Positions 1 through 9,334 of a stretch of DNA of 54,566 nucleotides are shown piece after piece. The stretch is taken from assembly GCA_021812945.1 (NCBI GenBank), contig JAKAMI010000003.1:1-54566 (forward strand), given 5' to 3'. The notes below the pieces were generated by a model. It was not told the origin of the DNA and did no database searches. It saw only the letters and a program-made list of their open reading frames with translations. The stretch comes from a bacterium. GTDB taxonomy: Bacteria; Patescibacteriota; UBA1384; XYA2-FULL-43-10; JAKAMI01. The translations under genes were made by a program, and so were the position numbers. Each line of letters opens with the position of its first letter. The stretch's first letter is position 1.

Positions 1-103
1 TGGTTCTTCGACTCCTGCCGAAGAGAGTGAGCTTAAGAGAGAGGACGAGCTTTGGGACAGACGTGCTGGGAGGAGAGAAGTGATTAATAAAAAAGGAGAA
101 CCG

Positions 104-241
104 ATGATGGGGACGGATTATGGAACAATGATGGGCTCAAACGGCAGCGCCATGATGATTTTTGGCTGGCTGGCTTACATTCTGATTGTCGTATTGACGA
201 TTTTCGGTATTGCGGCGCTTTGGAAATACCTGCAGAAATAA
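104..241 (+). CDS. Small single-TM membrane protein (45 aa, MMGTDYGTMMGSNGSAMMIFGWLAYILIVVLTIFGIAALWKYLQK), below the ORF-track cutoff
   Basis: Hand translation; AAGGAG SD-like sequence just upstream of ATG 104; Met/Gly-rich N-terminus, hydrophobic helix, basic tail; TAA 239-241. Confidence 0.7.
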   Translation: MMGTDYGTMMGSNGSAMMIFGWLAYILIVVLTIFGIAALWKYLQK

Positions 242-270
242 GCGGCAGCCGGACAGTGTGCCGCCGGCCG

Positions 271-801
271 TTATTTCACGATCTCGGTGATGAAGTAAAA
301 TATTGCGCTCAGGACGACTAATGGCGCGATAGGCATCAGGACTTTTTGGAACGGAAACCATGGTTTTCCACCATTCCGTTTTTTGATTTCAAGATAACCG
401 ATATGACCAAAATAGAAAAAAATACTCCCCAGTCCAATTCCTACCAATGTTTTGTCTACACCCCAGAACAGCCTGTCGGACGCTCCGATAATATTTTTAG
501 CATATAGCGGCAAGATAAGGGAACCGTAAAAGAAGATTAGAACTAAAGGTACGAATCCTTTAAATTCATATTTTTTCTTCCTAATCCAATTTATCGCCCA
601 GAGCGATGAAGAGAGTAGAAACCCGCCGATCCAAAGGCCGGAGATAGTATTATCCACCCCGAATCTTTCAAGTAGGACTAGCGCGCCGCCAACTGCCAGA
701 GTGCAGACGGGGCAGGCCGCAAATGCTTTACGAGTAGAAAAAACTGCCATCAGCACGAAAATCGAGACAGCGGTCTTTGTTTTGATTTTAGTTATCGACA
801 T
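271..801 (-). CDS. Multi-pass membrane protein with N-terminal CPVC motif
   Basis: AFA-ACPVC after a signal-like segment, then ~4 hydrophobic helices; last gene of the copZ-copA-dsbA run. Confidence 0.8.
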   Translation of the reverse strand: MSITKIKTKTAVSIFVLMAVFSTRKAFAACPVCTLAVGGALVLLERFGVDNTISGLWIGGFLLSSSLWAINWIRKKKYEFKGFVPLVLIFFYGSLILPLYAKNIIGASDRLFWGVDKTLVGIGLGSIFFYFGHIGYLEIKKRNGGKPWFPFQKVLMPIAPLVVLSAIFYFITEIVK

Positions 802-812
802 TGGAATATTTC

Positions 813-1484
813 CTAGAGCGCTTTATCGATTTTGATTTTCAGGTCGTCGAAGGAAAGCGCACCCTGGAGCGTTTCGACATTTCCGTTTTTATCGACAAGG
901 TAGCTCGAAGGAGTACCCTGAATCTTTAATAATTCGCCGTCTTTAAGATCGGATTCGATTTTAGAAATATATTTTTGATTGGTTAAATCTATTTTGAATT
1001 GCTCCGTATTTAAACCGATCACGGAAGCGTACCGGATCAAATCAGCTTCAGCGAGGCCTTGGCCGTCGGGCTGGGAATTTTCTACGAGCTTGTCGTGAAA
1101 TTCCCAGTATTTGCCTTGCGCACCAGCTGCCTCGGCGGCTATGGCAGCTTCTTTGGCGGCCTTATGGAAGGGGAGTGGAAAATGTCGATAAACCCATCTG
1201 ACCTGATTGGGATATGCAGAAATGATTTTATTCAAAGTCTTGTCGTATTTAATGCAATAAGGGCACTGGTAGTCGGAGTAATCCACTATAGTGATTGCGG
1301 CGTCTTTGTTCCCTCTGACGGTGTCACTGTCTCTGAAACGCAATATTTCACTTTGTGAAACGGTTTGACCGGCATCCGGCTGAGTCGCGTTATTGGAATT
1401 TTTCTTTGCGGCGGTATAAATAGCGAACAAAACCAGCAAAGAGACACCTGCGATTAAAATAATTTTTATTGTGTTTTTCATCAT
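813..1484 (-). CDS. Membrane-anchored DsbA-family thioredoxin-fold protein
   Basis: N-terminal TM; DYSDYQCPYC, YRHFPL and IQGTP (cis-Pro) motifs. Confidence 0.92.
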   Translation of the reverse strand: MMKNTIKIILIAGVSLLVLFAIYTAAKKNSNNATQPDAGQTVSQSEILRFRDSDTVRGNKDAAITIVDYSDYQCPYCIKYDKTLNKIISAYPNQVRWVYRHFPLPFHKAAKEAAIAAEAAGAQGKYWEFHDKLVENSQPDGQGLAEADLIRYASVIGLNTEQFKIDLTNQKYISKIESDLKDGELLKIQGTPSSYLVDKNGNVETLQGALSFDDLKIKIDKAL

Positions 1485-1506
1485 AAAATACGACTAATTA
1501 TATATT

Positions 1507-4230
1507 TTAAGACCCCATGCCCGCGCTGATGCGGGCAAATTCCAAGAAGAGCAAAGTGAAGCCGGCAATCATGGCCACGGGAGCAATCAGCGACAGCCAG
1601 TTCTTCCGACCGGGTTTAAAGTTTCGAAGCAGTATCGAATTTGAAACCACTGAAATCGAGCTTAGGGCCATAGCCAGACCTGCCAATTCCGGTTTTAGGA
1701 CCAGGCCTAAGCCGATAAAGACTCTGGCGGCAATTGGAATTCCGATGACATTATAAAACAGGGCGAAGAACATATTTTGCCGGATTTTGCCCATTGTTTC
1801 TTTGGAAAGCTCAATGGCCGAGACGACGTCGCGAAGGTCATTTTTTATTATGACAACGCCGCCGGTCTCCATGGCCACATCGGTGCCCGAACCCATAGCG
1901 ATGCCTAAGTTGGCCTGGGCTAGAGCCGGAGCATCGTTTATGCCGTCGCCGACCATAGCTACCACCCGCTGTGAGCGGGAATTACTAATATCTAAATCCG
2001 AATTCCTAATCAAATCCCAGTGTCCTAAGTTCAAATCCTTCAAAAGTCCCGTTTGCAAAGCTTTGACGGCTAGAGCCTTATTTTCCGGTAAGACTTCAGC
2101 CAAGACATTGCTGATACCAACCTGCTTGGCAATAGCTTCGGCGGTTTTTTGGTTGTCACCGGTAATCATCCAAACATCAATTCCCAGATTCACCAGCTTG
2201 ACAATCGCTTCTTTGGAGGTCTGTTTGACGGTATCCGCCACAGCGATGAAGCCAAGCACCGTTTTCTGGTCTGTGAGGATCATAACCGTCTTTCCTTCCG
2301 ACTCGAGGCGAGATATGTCGTTGTTGACTAGTCCGGCATCAAGTTTAGCGATATCGGTGACCAGCTTTCTATTGCCAAAAAAATATTTTTTCTGATTGAT
2401 TAGTCCTTCGACACCGTGGCCGGGGATAGCTTTAAAACCGGTCACTTCGTCTAAGTCTACTTTTTCTTCCTCTGCTTTTTTAACAATGGCTTCCGCCAGC
2501 GGGTGCTCGGAACCGTGTTCAAGCGAGGCGGCAATCCGCAATAGCTCTTTTTGATTTTTGATTTTTGATTTTTGATTTAATGTGACATCAGTCACAACCG
2601 GCGTGCCGTTGGTCAAAGTGCCGGTTTTGTCAAAGACAATCACCCTGATTTTCTCAGCCGCTTCGAGCGGCTCGCCGCCTTTAATGAGTATTCCGTACTC
2701 GGCCCCCTTACCCGTTCCGACCATAATAGCCGTAGGAGTGGCCAGGCCCAAAGCGCAAGGGCAAGCGATGACAATAACGGCGGTAAAAGCCATCAGAGCA
2801 AAGGTGAGACCAGCTCCGAGTACAACAAACCAGATCAGAAACGTCAAAACCGCCACCCCGATGACTATTGGCACAAAAACGGAAGAAATACGATCGGCAA
2901 AGGCTTGTATCGGAGCTTTTGAACCTTGGGCGTCTTCGATTAGTCGGATAATTTGGGAAAGGGTTGTTTCGGCACCGATCTTGGTCGCCTTGAACTCGAA
3001 GCTGCCGGTCTTATTCATTGTCGCGCCGATGACCGGGTCTCCGACTTGTTTTTCGACCGGCAGACTCTCACCGGTCACCATTGATTCGTCGAGTGCTGAC
3101 GAACCCTTGGTGATAACACCGTCAACCGGAACTTTTTCACCCGGTCGAACCAGAATAATATCATCATGTAATACTTCTTCAATCGCGATGTCGAGCGTTT
3201 TACCGTCTCTTATCACCCTGGCAGTTTTGGCTTGAAGGCCCATCAATTTCTTGATAGCGTCCGAAGTTTTACCTTTTGCCTTGGCCTCCAGCCATTTGCC
3301 GAGAATCACAAAAGTGATTAAGAAGGCGGCAGTTTCGAAGTAAAGCTCGGGAATTTTCATTCCGTCGAGTCCAAAAATAGTATGATTACGTAATACAAAC
3401 AGTAAATAGTTAATCAAACTATAAAAATAGGCGGTTGAAGTACCGATGGCGATGAGCGAATCCATATTGAAAGTTTTCATCTTGAAACTTGACCAGGTGC
3501 CTTTGTAAAAACCGGCGCCGATAATGAACTGAACCGGAGTGGCTAAAATTAAGGATACGAGACCAAAATAAGGGGGAAGAGAAGCTGCCCCGGGCAAAAA
3601 CTTAAAAAAATCGAGAAACATAAAATACAGCATCGGGAACGAGAAGACCAAGCCGTAAATAAACTTTTTCTTAACAGCGTTTGTCTCCCGCTCCCGTTTT
3701 TTACGGTCGAATTCACTGTCGCTTTGGTCGATCTTGGTAGCGCTGTAACCGGCTTCTTTGACCGCATTTATCAGATTCTCGGTGTTTGTGCTATTTGAAT
3801 CATAATCTACCAAGGCTTTTTCCGAGCCAAAGTTAACGCTGGCTTGTATGACGCCGGGGACTTTTTTGATTGATCGTTCAATAATACCGGCGCAAGAAGC
3901 GCAGTGCATACCGGAAAGTGAAAGCGAAACGCGTTCCTTAATCTCCTTCGAGGTCGAAACTGACGATTTCGGTTCCGCTTTCGCCGGCTGGGAAGCCTCG
4001 TTTGATTCGATTTCGTTTGAGCTGGTAATCTTGGCAGTATAGCCGGCTTTTTTAACAGCCTCAAGAATCTGTTCATCGCTGACTGATGAGCGGGCAATTA
4101 GCCGGCCCGTACCTTTTTTAAAGTTGATGGCAATATTGCTCGCGCCGATATCTTCCAACTCGGCTTCAATAATTTTTTCGCAGGAGGAGCAATGCATACC
4201 GCTAATTTTGAGTTCGATTTGTCTTTTCAT
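1507..4230 (-). CDS. copA: Cu(I)-translocating P1B-type ATPase, two N-terminal HMA domains
   Basis: GMHCSSC/GMHCASC, TGES, CPC, DKTGT, GDGIND, YN and MxxSS motifs. Confidence 0.97.
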   Translation of the reverse strand: MKRQIELKISGMHCSSCEKIIEAELEDIGASNIAINFKKGTGRLIARSSVSDEQILEAVKKAGYTAKITSSNEIESNEASQPAKAEPKSSVSTSKEIKERVSLSLSGMHCASCAGIIERSIKKVPGVIQASVNFGSEKALVDYDSNSTNTENLINAVKEAGYSATKIDQSDSEFDRKKRERETNAVKKKFIYGLVFSFPMLYFMFLDFFKFLPGAASLPPYFGLVSLILATPVQFIIGAGFYKGTWSSFKMKTFNMDSLIAIGTSTAYFYSLINYLLFVLRNHTIFGLDGMKIPELYFETAAFLITFVILGKWLEAKAKGKTSDAIKKLMGLQAKTARVIRDGKTLDIAIEEVLHDDIILVRPGEKVPVDGVITKGSSALDESMVTGESLPVEKQVGDPVIGATMNKTGSFEFKATKIGAETTLSQIIRLIEDAQGSKAPIQAFADRISSVFVPIVIGVAVLTFLIWFVVLGAGLTFALMAFTAVIVIACPCALGLATPTAIMVGTGKGAEYGILIKGGEPLEAAEKIRVIVFDKTGTLTNGTPVVTDVTLNQKSKIKNQKELLRIAASLEHGSEHPLAEAIVKKAEEEKVDLDEVTGFKAIPGHGVEGLINQKKYFFGNRKLVTDIAKLDAGLVNNDISRLESEGKTVMILTDQKTVLGFIAVADTVKQTSKEAIVKLVNLGIDVWMITGDNQKTAEAIAKQVGISNVLAEVLPENKALAVKALQTGLLKDLNLGHWDLIRNSDLDISNSRSQRVVAMVGDGINDAPALAQANLGIAMGSGTDVAMETGGVVIIKNDLRDVVSAIELSKETMGKIRQNMFFALFYNVIGIPIAARVFIGLGLVLKPELAGLAMALSSISVVSNSILLRNFKPGRKNWLSLIAPVAMIAGFTLLFLEFARISAGMGS
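1965..2038. repeat. Heptamer quasi-array plus short palindrome translated in frame within copA
   Basis: TAATATC TAAATCC GAATTCC [TAAT] CAAATCC CAGTGTC CTAAGTT CAAATCC (1986-2038); CCCGCT-GTG-AGCGGG (1965-1979). Confidence 0.7.
2548..2575. repeat. 4x perfect TTTTTGA tandem inside copA
   Basis: Direct reading; encodes [10 protein letters not shown] on the minus strand. Confidence 0.9.
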
Positions 4231-4237
4231 GGTGTTT

Positions 4238-4438
4238 TTAAGCTAACTGATAATCGGTACCGGCCAATGCGGCCTTGACCTGTTCTTTGTTGATTGTCTC
4301 GTTGCCTTTGATCGAAATGTGGCCGTTAAGCTCAACTTCAACACTTTCCACTCCGGCAAGTTTCTTGAGTTTAAGAGAGATCAGTTTTGTACAGGCCTCG
4401 CAGTTGATACCGGAAACCTGAAAATGACTTGTTTCCAT
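4238..4438 (-). CDS. HMA-domain copper chaperone (CopZ-like); start reassigned to ATG 4438
   Basis: GINCEAC motif; AAGGAG at 4445-4450; the longer ORF-track start runs over the promoter/operator. Confidence 0.85.
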   Translation of the reverse strand: METSHFQVSGINCEACTKLISLKLKKLAGVESVEVELNGHISIKGNETINKEQVKAALAGTDYQLA

Positions 4439-4468
4439 AGTGTTCTCCTTTGTTAGTAAGTTATTGTA

Positions 4469-4507
4469 ACCTATACCTAGGGTATAGGTATATGAATAAA
4501 TTGTCAA
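4469..4507 (-). promoter_or_regulatory. Sigma70 promoter with overlapping CsoR-type operator palindrome
   Basis: TTGACA(4507-4502)-17-TACCCT; perfect IR ACCTATACC-TAG-GGTATAGGT (4469-4489). Confidence 0.75.
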
Positions 4508-4556
4508 GATATTCCAAAACAGAGTTTCGACATAACTATTTTAAAGAGATGAAAAA

Positions 4557-6302
4557 CTATTGGGCAATTATCAGGCCGCGGCGCGAGCCCATAGCGCAGG
4601 TAATATAGTACTTACCCGGTTTGGTAATGTTGAGTTCGAAAACAGAAGTTTTGCCTTTGGTTAGAACGTCATAGTCTTCTGTAAGTTCCGGAACGGTGAT
4701 TGAGCTCATGCAGCCGCTACCGTCTTCTTGGGCTAGGACCTCAAGGCGGACATTCCCAACCTTGACATTAAACTGATTCGGTTGGATATCGGTTTTGATC
4801 GCGTAGGTTGCCCTGATAACTTGTGCACTGGAGGTGGAAGCGGCAGGAGGGGGAGCTGAGGGGGACGGTGAGGGCTGAGGTAAGGCCGAATTTTGACCGG
4901 TATTTTGACTGGGTGTTTGATCTTTTGGTCCGCCGGAGTCGTTATCGACCACTGTGAACGAGCCGCGGTACATACCCATAGAACAGGAAAAGGGGATGAG
5001 GCCGACTTTGTCGGGGGTAAACTCGAAAGTATTTTCGCCGGGCTTAAGGAATTTGCGAATATTTAAGTCTTGAGAAAAAAGACTGGCGGCACAGGAGTTC
5101 GGATCTTTGGAATCGACAATCCATTTGACCGGAATGCCTTTTTTAACGATGAAACTGTTGGGTTGATAGCCGGATCCGGTTTGAGTCATCCGGACAATTT
5201 GGACGCCGTTTTCAGTCGTCACATTAGTATCGGCACCAAGATTTTTGGCGCTACTGAAATTTCCAAAAGATAATTTTGAGCCAAGACCGGTAAGGTTAAG
5301 GCCATTGGAAATATTCAGAATAGCCAAGATGGTGACGATGATTCCGGCAAATTTAAAGAAGCGACGGGCGAATGCGCCCTTGATGACTGAAGTCAGTCCT
5401 CCGACACCCAAAAGTCCGGGCGCGGTGCCAAGAGCGAAAGCACCCATCACAAGAGCGCCTTGCCAAAAATTACCGGTGCTCATGGCGTAAAGCTGCATCG
5501 CTTGGGTGAAGCCGCACGGCAGGAAAAATGTCAGAGCGCCGACCATCATCGAATTAGTATGGCTATACTCTTTTTCGTGATGTTTTTTTATGCCTATAAA
5601 TTTGCTGATTGAGCCGGGCAGACTAAAACTGACATTGGCCAAACGAGGCGAAAGCTCGGTTAGCTGGAGTCCGACTATCAGCATAACGATGCCGACGACG
5701 ATGGTTAAAACGCCAAGCGTCGGGCCGGAAAGTTGGAAAGCCTTGCCTATCAGTCCGATCATTCCGCCAAGTAAAAAGTAAGAGGAGATCCGGCCGATGT
5801 TGAAAAACAAGTGGGGGCGAAACTTTTGAATCGGTGTGGCTTCAGGGTGTTTCTCGCTGTGACGGGCCGAAATTCCAAGTATTAAGCCGCCGACCAGGGC
5901 CATGCAACTTGAAAAACCGGCGGTTATGCCTATCAGCACTACTACTATCAAACTGGAAGGGTTGCTAAGCGAGCCGGCGGAGAGATTGAAAACTCCGAGT
6001 CGGCTCAAAAGAAAGTAGAGTACTGCCAGGATGATGACGCATTTAGTTAGGTCTTTGTAGATTTCGGGGTTAGTAGTTATCCAGGATTTGGGCTTATCTT
6101 CCCCGACTTCATAGCCGGCTTCCAATATTTTTGAATTTACGGCACTTAAATCAAGCCGTTTTTTAGAATAAATATCGGCCAAGCGCTTCTTGTAACTTAT
6201 TTGCACGCTTTTTATCTCGGGGATCTCCTTGAGCTTGTCCTCAATCAGAATCTCACAGGACCGGCAATGCATACCTTTTATTGGGACAGTCGTTTTGTTC
6301 AT
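4557..6302 (-). CDS. HMA + TauE/SafE(DsbD_2)-like membrane domain + cupredoxin-like domains
   Basis: GMHCRSC; SSCMALVGG and LPCGFTQ motifs; FSCSMGM and ITCAMG cupredoxin-type ends. Confidence 0.88.
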   Translation of the reverse strand: MNKTTVPIKGMHCRSCEILIEDKLKEIPEIKSVQISYKKRLADIYSKKRLDLSAVNSKILEAGYEVGEDKPKSWITTNPEIYKDLTKCVIILAVLYFLLSRLGVFNLSAGSLSNPSSLIVVVLIGITAGFSSCMALVGGLILGISARHSEKHPEATPIQKFRPHLFFNIGRISSYFLLGGMIGLIGKAFQLSGPTLGVLTIVVGIVMLIVGLQLTELSPRLANVSFSLPGSISKFIGIKKHHEKEYSHTNSMMVGALTFFLPCGFTQAMQLYAMSTGNFWQGALVMGAFALGTAPGLLGVGGLTSVIKGAFARRFFKFAGIIVTILAILNISNGLNLTGLGSKLSFGNFSSAKNLGADTNVTTENGVQIVRMTQTGSGYQPNSFIVKKGIPVKWIVDSKDPNSCAASLFSQDLNIRKFLKPGENTFEFTPDKVGLIPFSCSMGMYRGSFTVVDNDSGGPKDQTPSQNTGQNSALPQPSPSPSAPPPAASTSSAQVIRATYAIKTDIQPNQFNVKVGNVRLEVLAQEDGSGCMSSITVPELTEDYDVLTKGKTSVFELNITKPGKYYITCAMGSRRGLIIAQ

Positions 6303-6360
6303 CAGCGCTCGCCCTCTTATGCCAGCCTAAAGGCTGGTCTCAAAAAAAATGAGTCTAAGA

Positions 6361-6633
6361 TTATTTATTCGCCAGTTTGCCAACCTTCAGAATCTCGACA
6401 ATCATCTCCTGTTTCCGAGCTTCGTTGCTGGAAGATATAGCTTTTTTGAAACAACTGTTGAGGTGGCCCTCCATGAGCATCTGATGGGCAGATTTTAGGA
6501 GGCCGATCACCGCCAAGTTTTGTTGCATGATGTCGATGCAGTAGTCATCGTTTTCGACCATTTTCACGATCCTGTCAATGTGGCTACGAGCTTTTTTGAA
6601 ATTGACCAGAGTGTTCTTTTTTTTCGATTCCAT
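6361..6633 (-). CDS. csoR: CsoR/RcnR-family metal-sensing repressor
   Basis: YCIDIMQQNLAV and EGHLNSC (C-H-C Cu ligands); 90 aa; leads the copper cluster. Confidence 0.9.
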   Translation of the reverse strand: MESKKKNTLVNFKKARSHIDRIVKMVENDDYCIDIMQQNLAVIGLLKSAHQMLMEGHLNSCFKKAISSSNEARKQEMIVEILKVGKLANK

Positions 6634-6668
6634 AGTTTTGCGACTAAAAATTAATACACACCCCTACC

Positions 6669-6720
6669 CCCACCTCCGGTGGGTGTAACTCTATCTTAAC
6701 CGATAACAGAACATTGTCAA
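6669..6720 (-). promoter_or_regulatory. csoR promoter and second CsoR-type operator
   Basis: TTGACA(6720-6715)-16-TAAGAT; IR CCCACC-TCC-GGTGGG (6669-6683) inside C/G tracts. Confidence 0.6.
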
Positions 6721-6794
6721 CATCCAAGCTTCGGTAGACAATGGCCTGAATTTTGGTTACATACTTAAGCCATTTGCTAGTTTGACGTAATGGC

Positions 6795-7325
6795 TTAATA
6801 TTGATCGTTGGGATTTATGAGTCCCAGATAGACTTCTTCGTAGTATTTGCCGTCCTTGAGGATTTGGTCTCGGAGGCGGCCCTCTTCAACGAAACCGAGA
6901 GTTTTGTAGAGTCCGATGGCTTTAAGATTGTAACCGTTGGCCACCAGTAGAATCTTGTGAAGTTTAAGCTTGTCAAAACCGTAATCAATAATAAACTTGC
7001 AGGCGGCTCTGCCGATACCTTGGCCTCGATACCCGTTCTCACCAATGACGACGTAAAGCTCGGCATTTTTATCGACAGGATCGCCCTCGGTCAGACCGAC
7101 TATGCCGATTGGTTTGCCGTCGGCCTCGATAATAAAACGCCGATCGTTTTTGTTCCTTTGATATTTCTCGAACCATTTCAGTTGGTCTTTTAGATTTGTC
7201 CCTTGCCGGATTTGCCAACCCAAATTCGAACGAACGGCGGGGTTTCGCATCCACTTGGTTTTGTTCTCTACATCGGCCCGCTCAAATAGCCGAAAGGTTA
7301 GCTTGTATCTAATTTCTTTAGTCAT
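6795..7325 (-). CDS. GNAT N-acetyltransferase (RimJ/RimL/SpeG-like)
   Basis: YRGQGIG acetyl-CoA motif; NLKAIGLYKTLGFVEEG. Confidence 0.88.
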   Translation of the reverse strand: MTKEIRYKLTFRLFERADVENKTKWMRNPAVRSNLGWQIRQGTNLKDQLKWFEKYQRNKNDRRFIIEADGKPIGIVGLTEGDPVDKNAELYVVIGENGYRGQGIGRAACKFIIDYGFDKLKLHKILLVANGYNLKAIGLYKTLGFVEEGRLRDQILKDGKYYEEVYLGLINPNDQY

Positions 7326-7544
7326 TTATACTCGTCATATGATTATACCAGAATACACTCCTCTAGACTAGTGAATACAATATTACTCTCTCGGATCATT
7401 CTTGACTTAGTAGTATATTCCGTGGGGATTTTTCACGCTGACTCGTTCAAGATGATGGTGAGCGGTTTCTGTGGCACTATTTGCCAAAGCTGATGAAATT
7501 TGCGAAAATGTATTCAAGATCAACATTAAATTGTGGGAGGGAAT

Positions 7545-8162
7545 GTGGCAGAAGAAACAAAGTCAGTACCAGCACCGGCTCCGGAACAACCAAAGGAATC
7601 CCCGGCTCCGGCTACGCCGGCGCCAACGAGCGGCGGTTCCAGTAAAACCGGCACCAAGGTTCTGATCATAATCATCGTGATCGTAGTCGTTCTCGGCGTC
7701 ATCGGTTATTTCGTAAGCCGGTATTTGGCTCGAAAAGTCGGAGAAAGTGCGGCTGAAAGCATACTTTCAAGCGCAACCGGCGGCAAAGTCGATGTCTCTT
7801 CCAGCGGCAACGGCGCTTCGGTGACTACCAAAGATGGCACCGTTTCAACCGGCGACAAGGCCAGCTGGCCGGCCGATATGCCCGGTTCGATACCGAAAGT
7901 TTCATCCGGCGCCATCACTTACTCGTCTAAAAATGCCAGCGGAGTCTATACTTACTGGTCGGTGGTTTATGACAAAGGTAGCACCGATATTATTACCAAG
8001 TACAAAGCCGATCTGGTGGCTAAAGGTTGGACGGTAACCGGAGAGGTCAATTCCAGCTATATCGACTCGGTCACCGCGACACTTGGGAAACTTGAAGTAA
8101 GTTTGTCCTACGATCCTTCCAGCGGCGGGATGACCCTGGCTGTGACGCAGACCAATAATTAA
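7545..8162 (+). CDS. Single-pass membrane protein with Pro/Ala-rich N-tail and extracellular domain; probable GTG start 7545
   Basis: GGAGG at 7536-7540; strong TM VLIIIIVIVVVLGVIGYFV. Confidence 0.75.
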   Translation: MAEETKSVPAPAPEQPKESPAPATPAPTSGGSSKTGTKVLIIIIVIVVVLGVIGYFVSRYLARKVGESAAESILSSATGGKVDVSSSGNGASVTTKDGTVSTGDKASWPADMPGSIPKVSSGAITYSSKNASGVYTYWSVVYDKGSTDIITKYKADLVAKGWTVTGEVNSSYIDSVTATLGKLEVSLSYDPSSGGMTLAVTQTNN

Positions 8163-8174
8163 TTATCTCTGTCC

Positions 8175-9188
8175 ATGCCCAAAAACCACCGGCCGGTTTT
8201 GCTAAATGAAGTGGTCAAAGTTTTCGATTATCTCGCAAGGATCAAGAATCCTGTTTTTGTGGATGGCACAATCGGTTTGGCTGGGCACAGCTCTGCAGTA
8301 GCCGAGCAAATATCAATAACCAAGAAACAAGAAACAAACAAATCTCAAATTCCAAACTCCAAACTCCAAATAATTGGAATTGATAAGGACAAGGAGGCGC
8401 TAGACGTAGCAAAATCAAAAATCAAAACTCAACAATCAAAATTATTAAATGATTTCATTTTAGTCAATGATGCGTTAGTCAATGATGCGTTTGAAAACAT
8501 CAAGTCGATATTATCCTCATTGAAAATCGAAAAAGTTGACGGAATTCTTCTGGACCTCGGGGTATCATCCATGCAACTGGACGAAGGGGAGAGGGGATTT
8601 AGTTTTCAAACTGATGCCCCGTTAGATATGCGCATGGACCGGAAACAGAAATTAACTGCCGCCGGTATTGTAAATAAATATCGGGAGGAAGATCTAGTCA
8701 GGATATTTTTCGAATACGGCGAAGAAAAGTTCGCTCGAAGGATCGCTAGCCTGATAATTAAATACCGAAAAGTCGAGTTGATAGAAACAACTTTTGAATT
8801 AGTTGAAATAATAAAGCAGGCGATTCCCAAAAAACTTCAGTTCAGCAAAACCCACCCGGCAACCAACGTTTTTCGGGCTTTACGCATGGAAGTGAACTCT
8901 GAAGTTGTAAAATTAGAGCAGGGGATCAGGGATTGCGTTGATGTTTTAAGTATTGGAGGCCGGCTTGCTATCATCACTTTTCACTCTATCGAAGACCGGA
9001 TTGTCAAACAAACACTCAAAGAATTAGCTGATCCATGTAAATGCCCAAAAGAGATTCCCGAGTGTATATGCGGCCTTAAACCGATTATAAAATTGATAAA
9101 TAAAAAACCGATTACCGCCTCAGAATCGGAGATCGACTCCAATCCTCGCTCCCGCTCCGCCAAACTCCGAATCGCCCAAAAAATCTGA
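8175..9188 (+). CDS. rsmH: 16S rRNA m4C1402 methyltransferase
   Basis: HRPVLL, DGTIGLAGH, DLGVSSMQLD, LDMRM, FHSIEDR, NPRSRSAKLR. Confidence 0.96.
   Translation: MPKNHRPVLLNEVVKVFDYLARIKNPVFVDGTIGLAGHSSAVAEQISITKKQETNKSQIPNSKLQIIGIDKDKEALDVAKSKIKTQQSKLLNDFILVNDALVNDAFENIKSILSSLKIEKVDGILLDLGVSSMQLDEGERGFSFQTDAPLDMRMDRKQKLTAAGIVNKYREEDLVRIFFEYGEEKFARRIASLIIKYRKVELIETTFELVEIIKQAIPKKLQFSKTHPATNVFRALRMEVNSEVVKLEQGIRDCVDVLSIGGRLAIITFHSIEDRIVKQTLKELADPCKCPKEIPECICGLKPIIKLINKKPITASESEIDSNPRSRSAKLRIAQKI
8309..8441. repeat. Two heptamer quasi-arrays translated in frame within rsmH
   Basis: 8309-8368: AATATCA ATAACCA AGAAACA AGAAACA [AACA] AATCTCA AATTCCA AACTCCA AACTCCA (60 nt); 8411-8438: AAAATCA AAAATCA AAACTCA ACAATCA. 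Confidence 0.75.
8460..8489. repeat. Perfect 15-bp tandem duplication in rsmH (LVNDA x2)
   Basis: TTAGTCAATGATGCG repeated twice. Confidence 0.9.
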
Positions 9189-9197
9189 GTCTCGATC

Positions 9198-9290
9198 ACG
9201 CCTAAAGACAGTCTTACTAGGCGTGCGAAGACTGTCTTTAGGCGTACAAGTCAGCAATGACAGTCTTCGAGGCCGGTGAAGACTGTCATT
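9198..9290. repeat. Two related REP-like hairpins between convergent rsmH and smpB (possible bidirectional terminator)
   Basis: 18-bp perfect stem 9198-9215/9228-9245; 13-bp perfect stem 9256-9268/9278-9290; shared core GACAGTCTT/AAGACTGTC. Confidence 0.8.
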
Positions 9291-9334
9291 ATCTAGAATC
9301 TATATTCCACATTCTATATTCAACATTCAGTACT

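Noticed and set aside
1-103. tRNA-like GGTTC..GACTCC or a CDS tail at the window start
   Set aside because: No cloverleaf; frame cannot be assigned from the fragment
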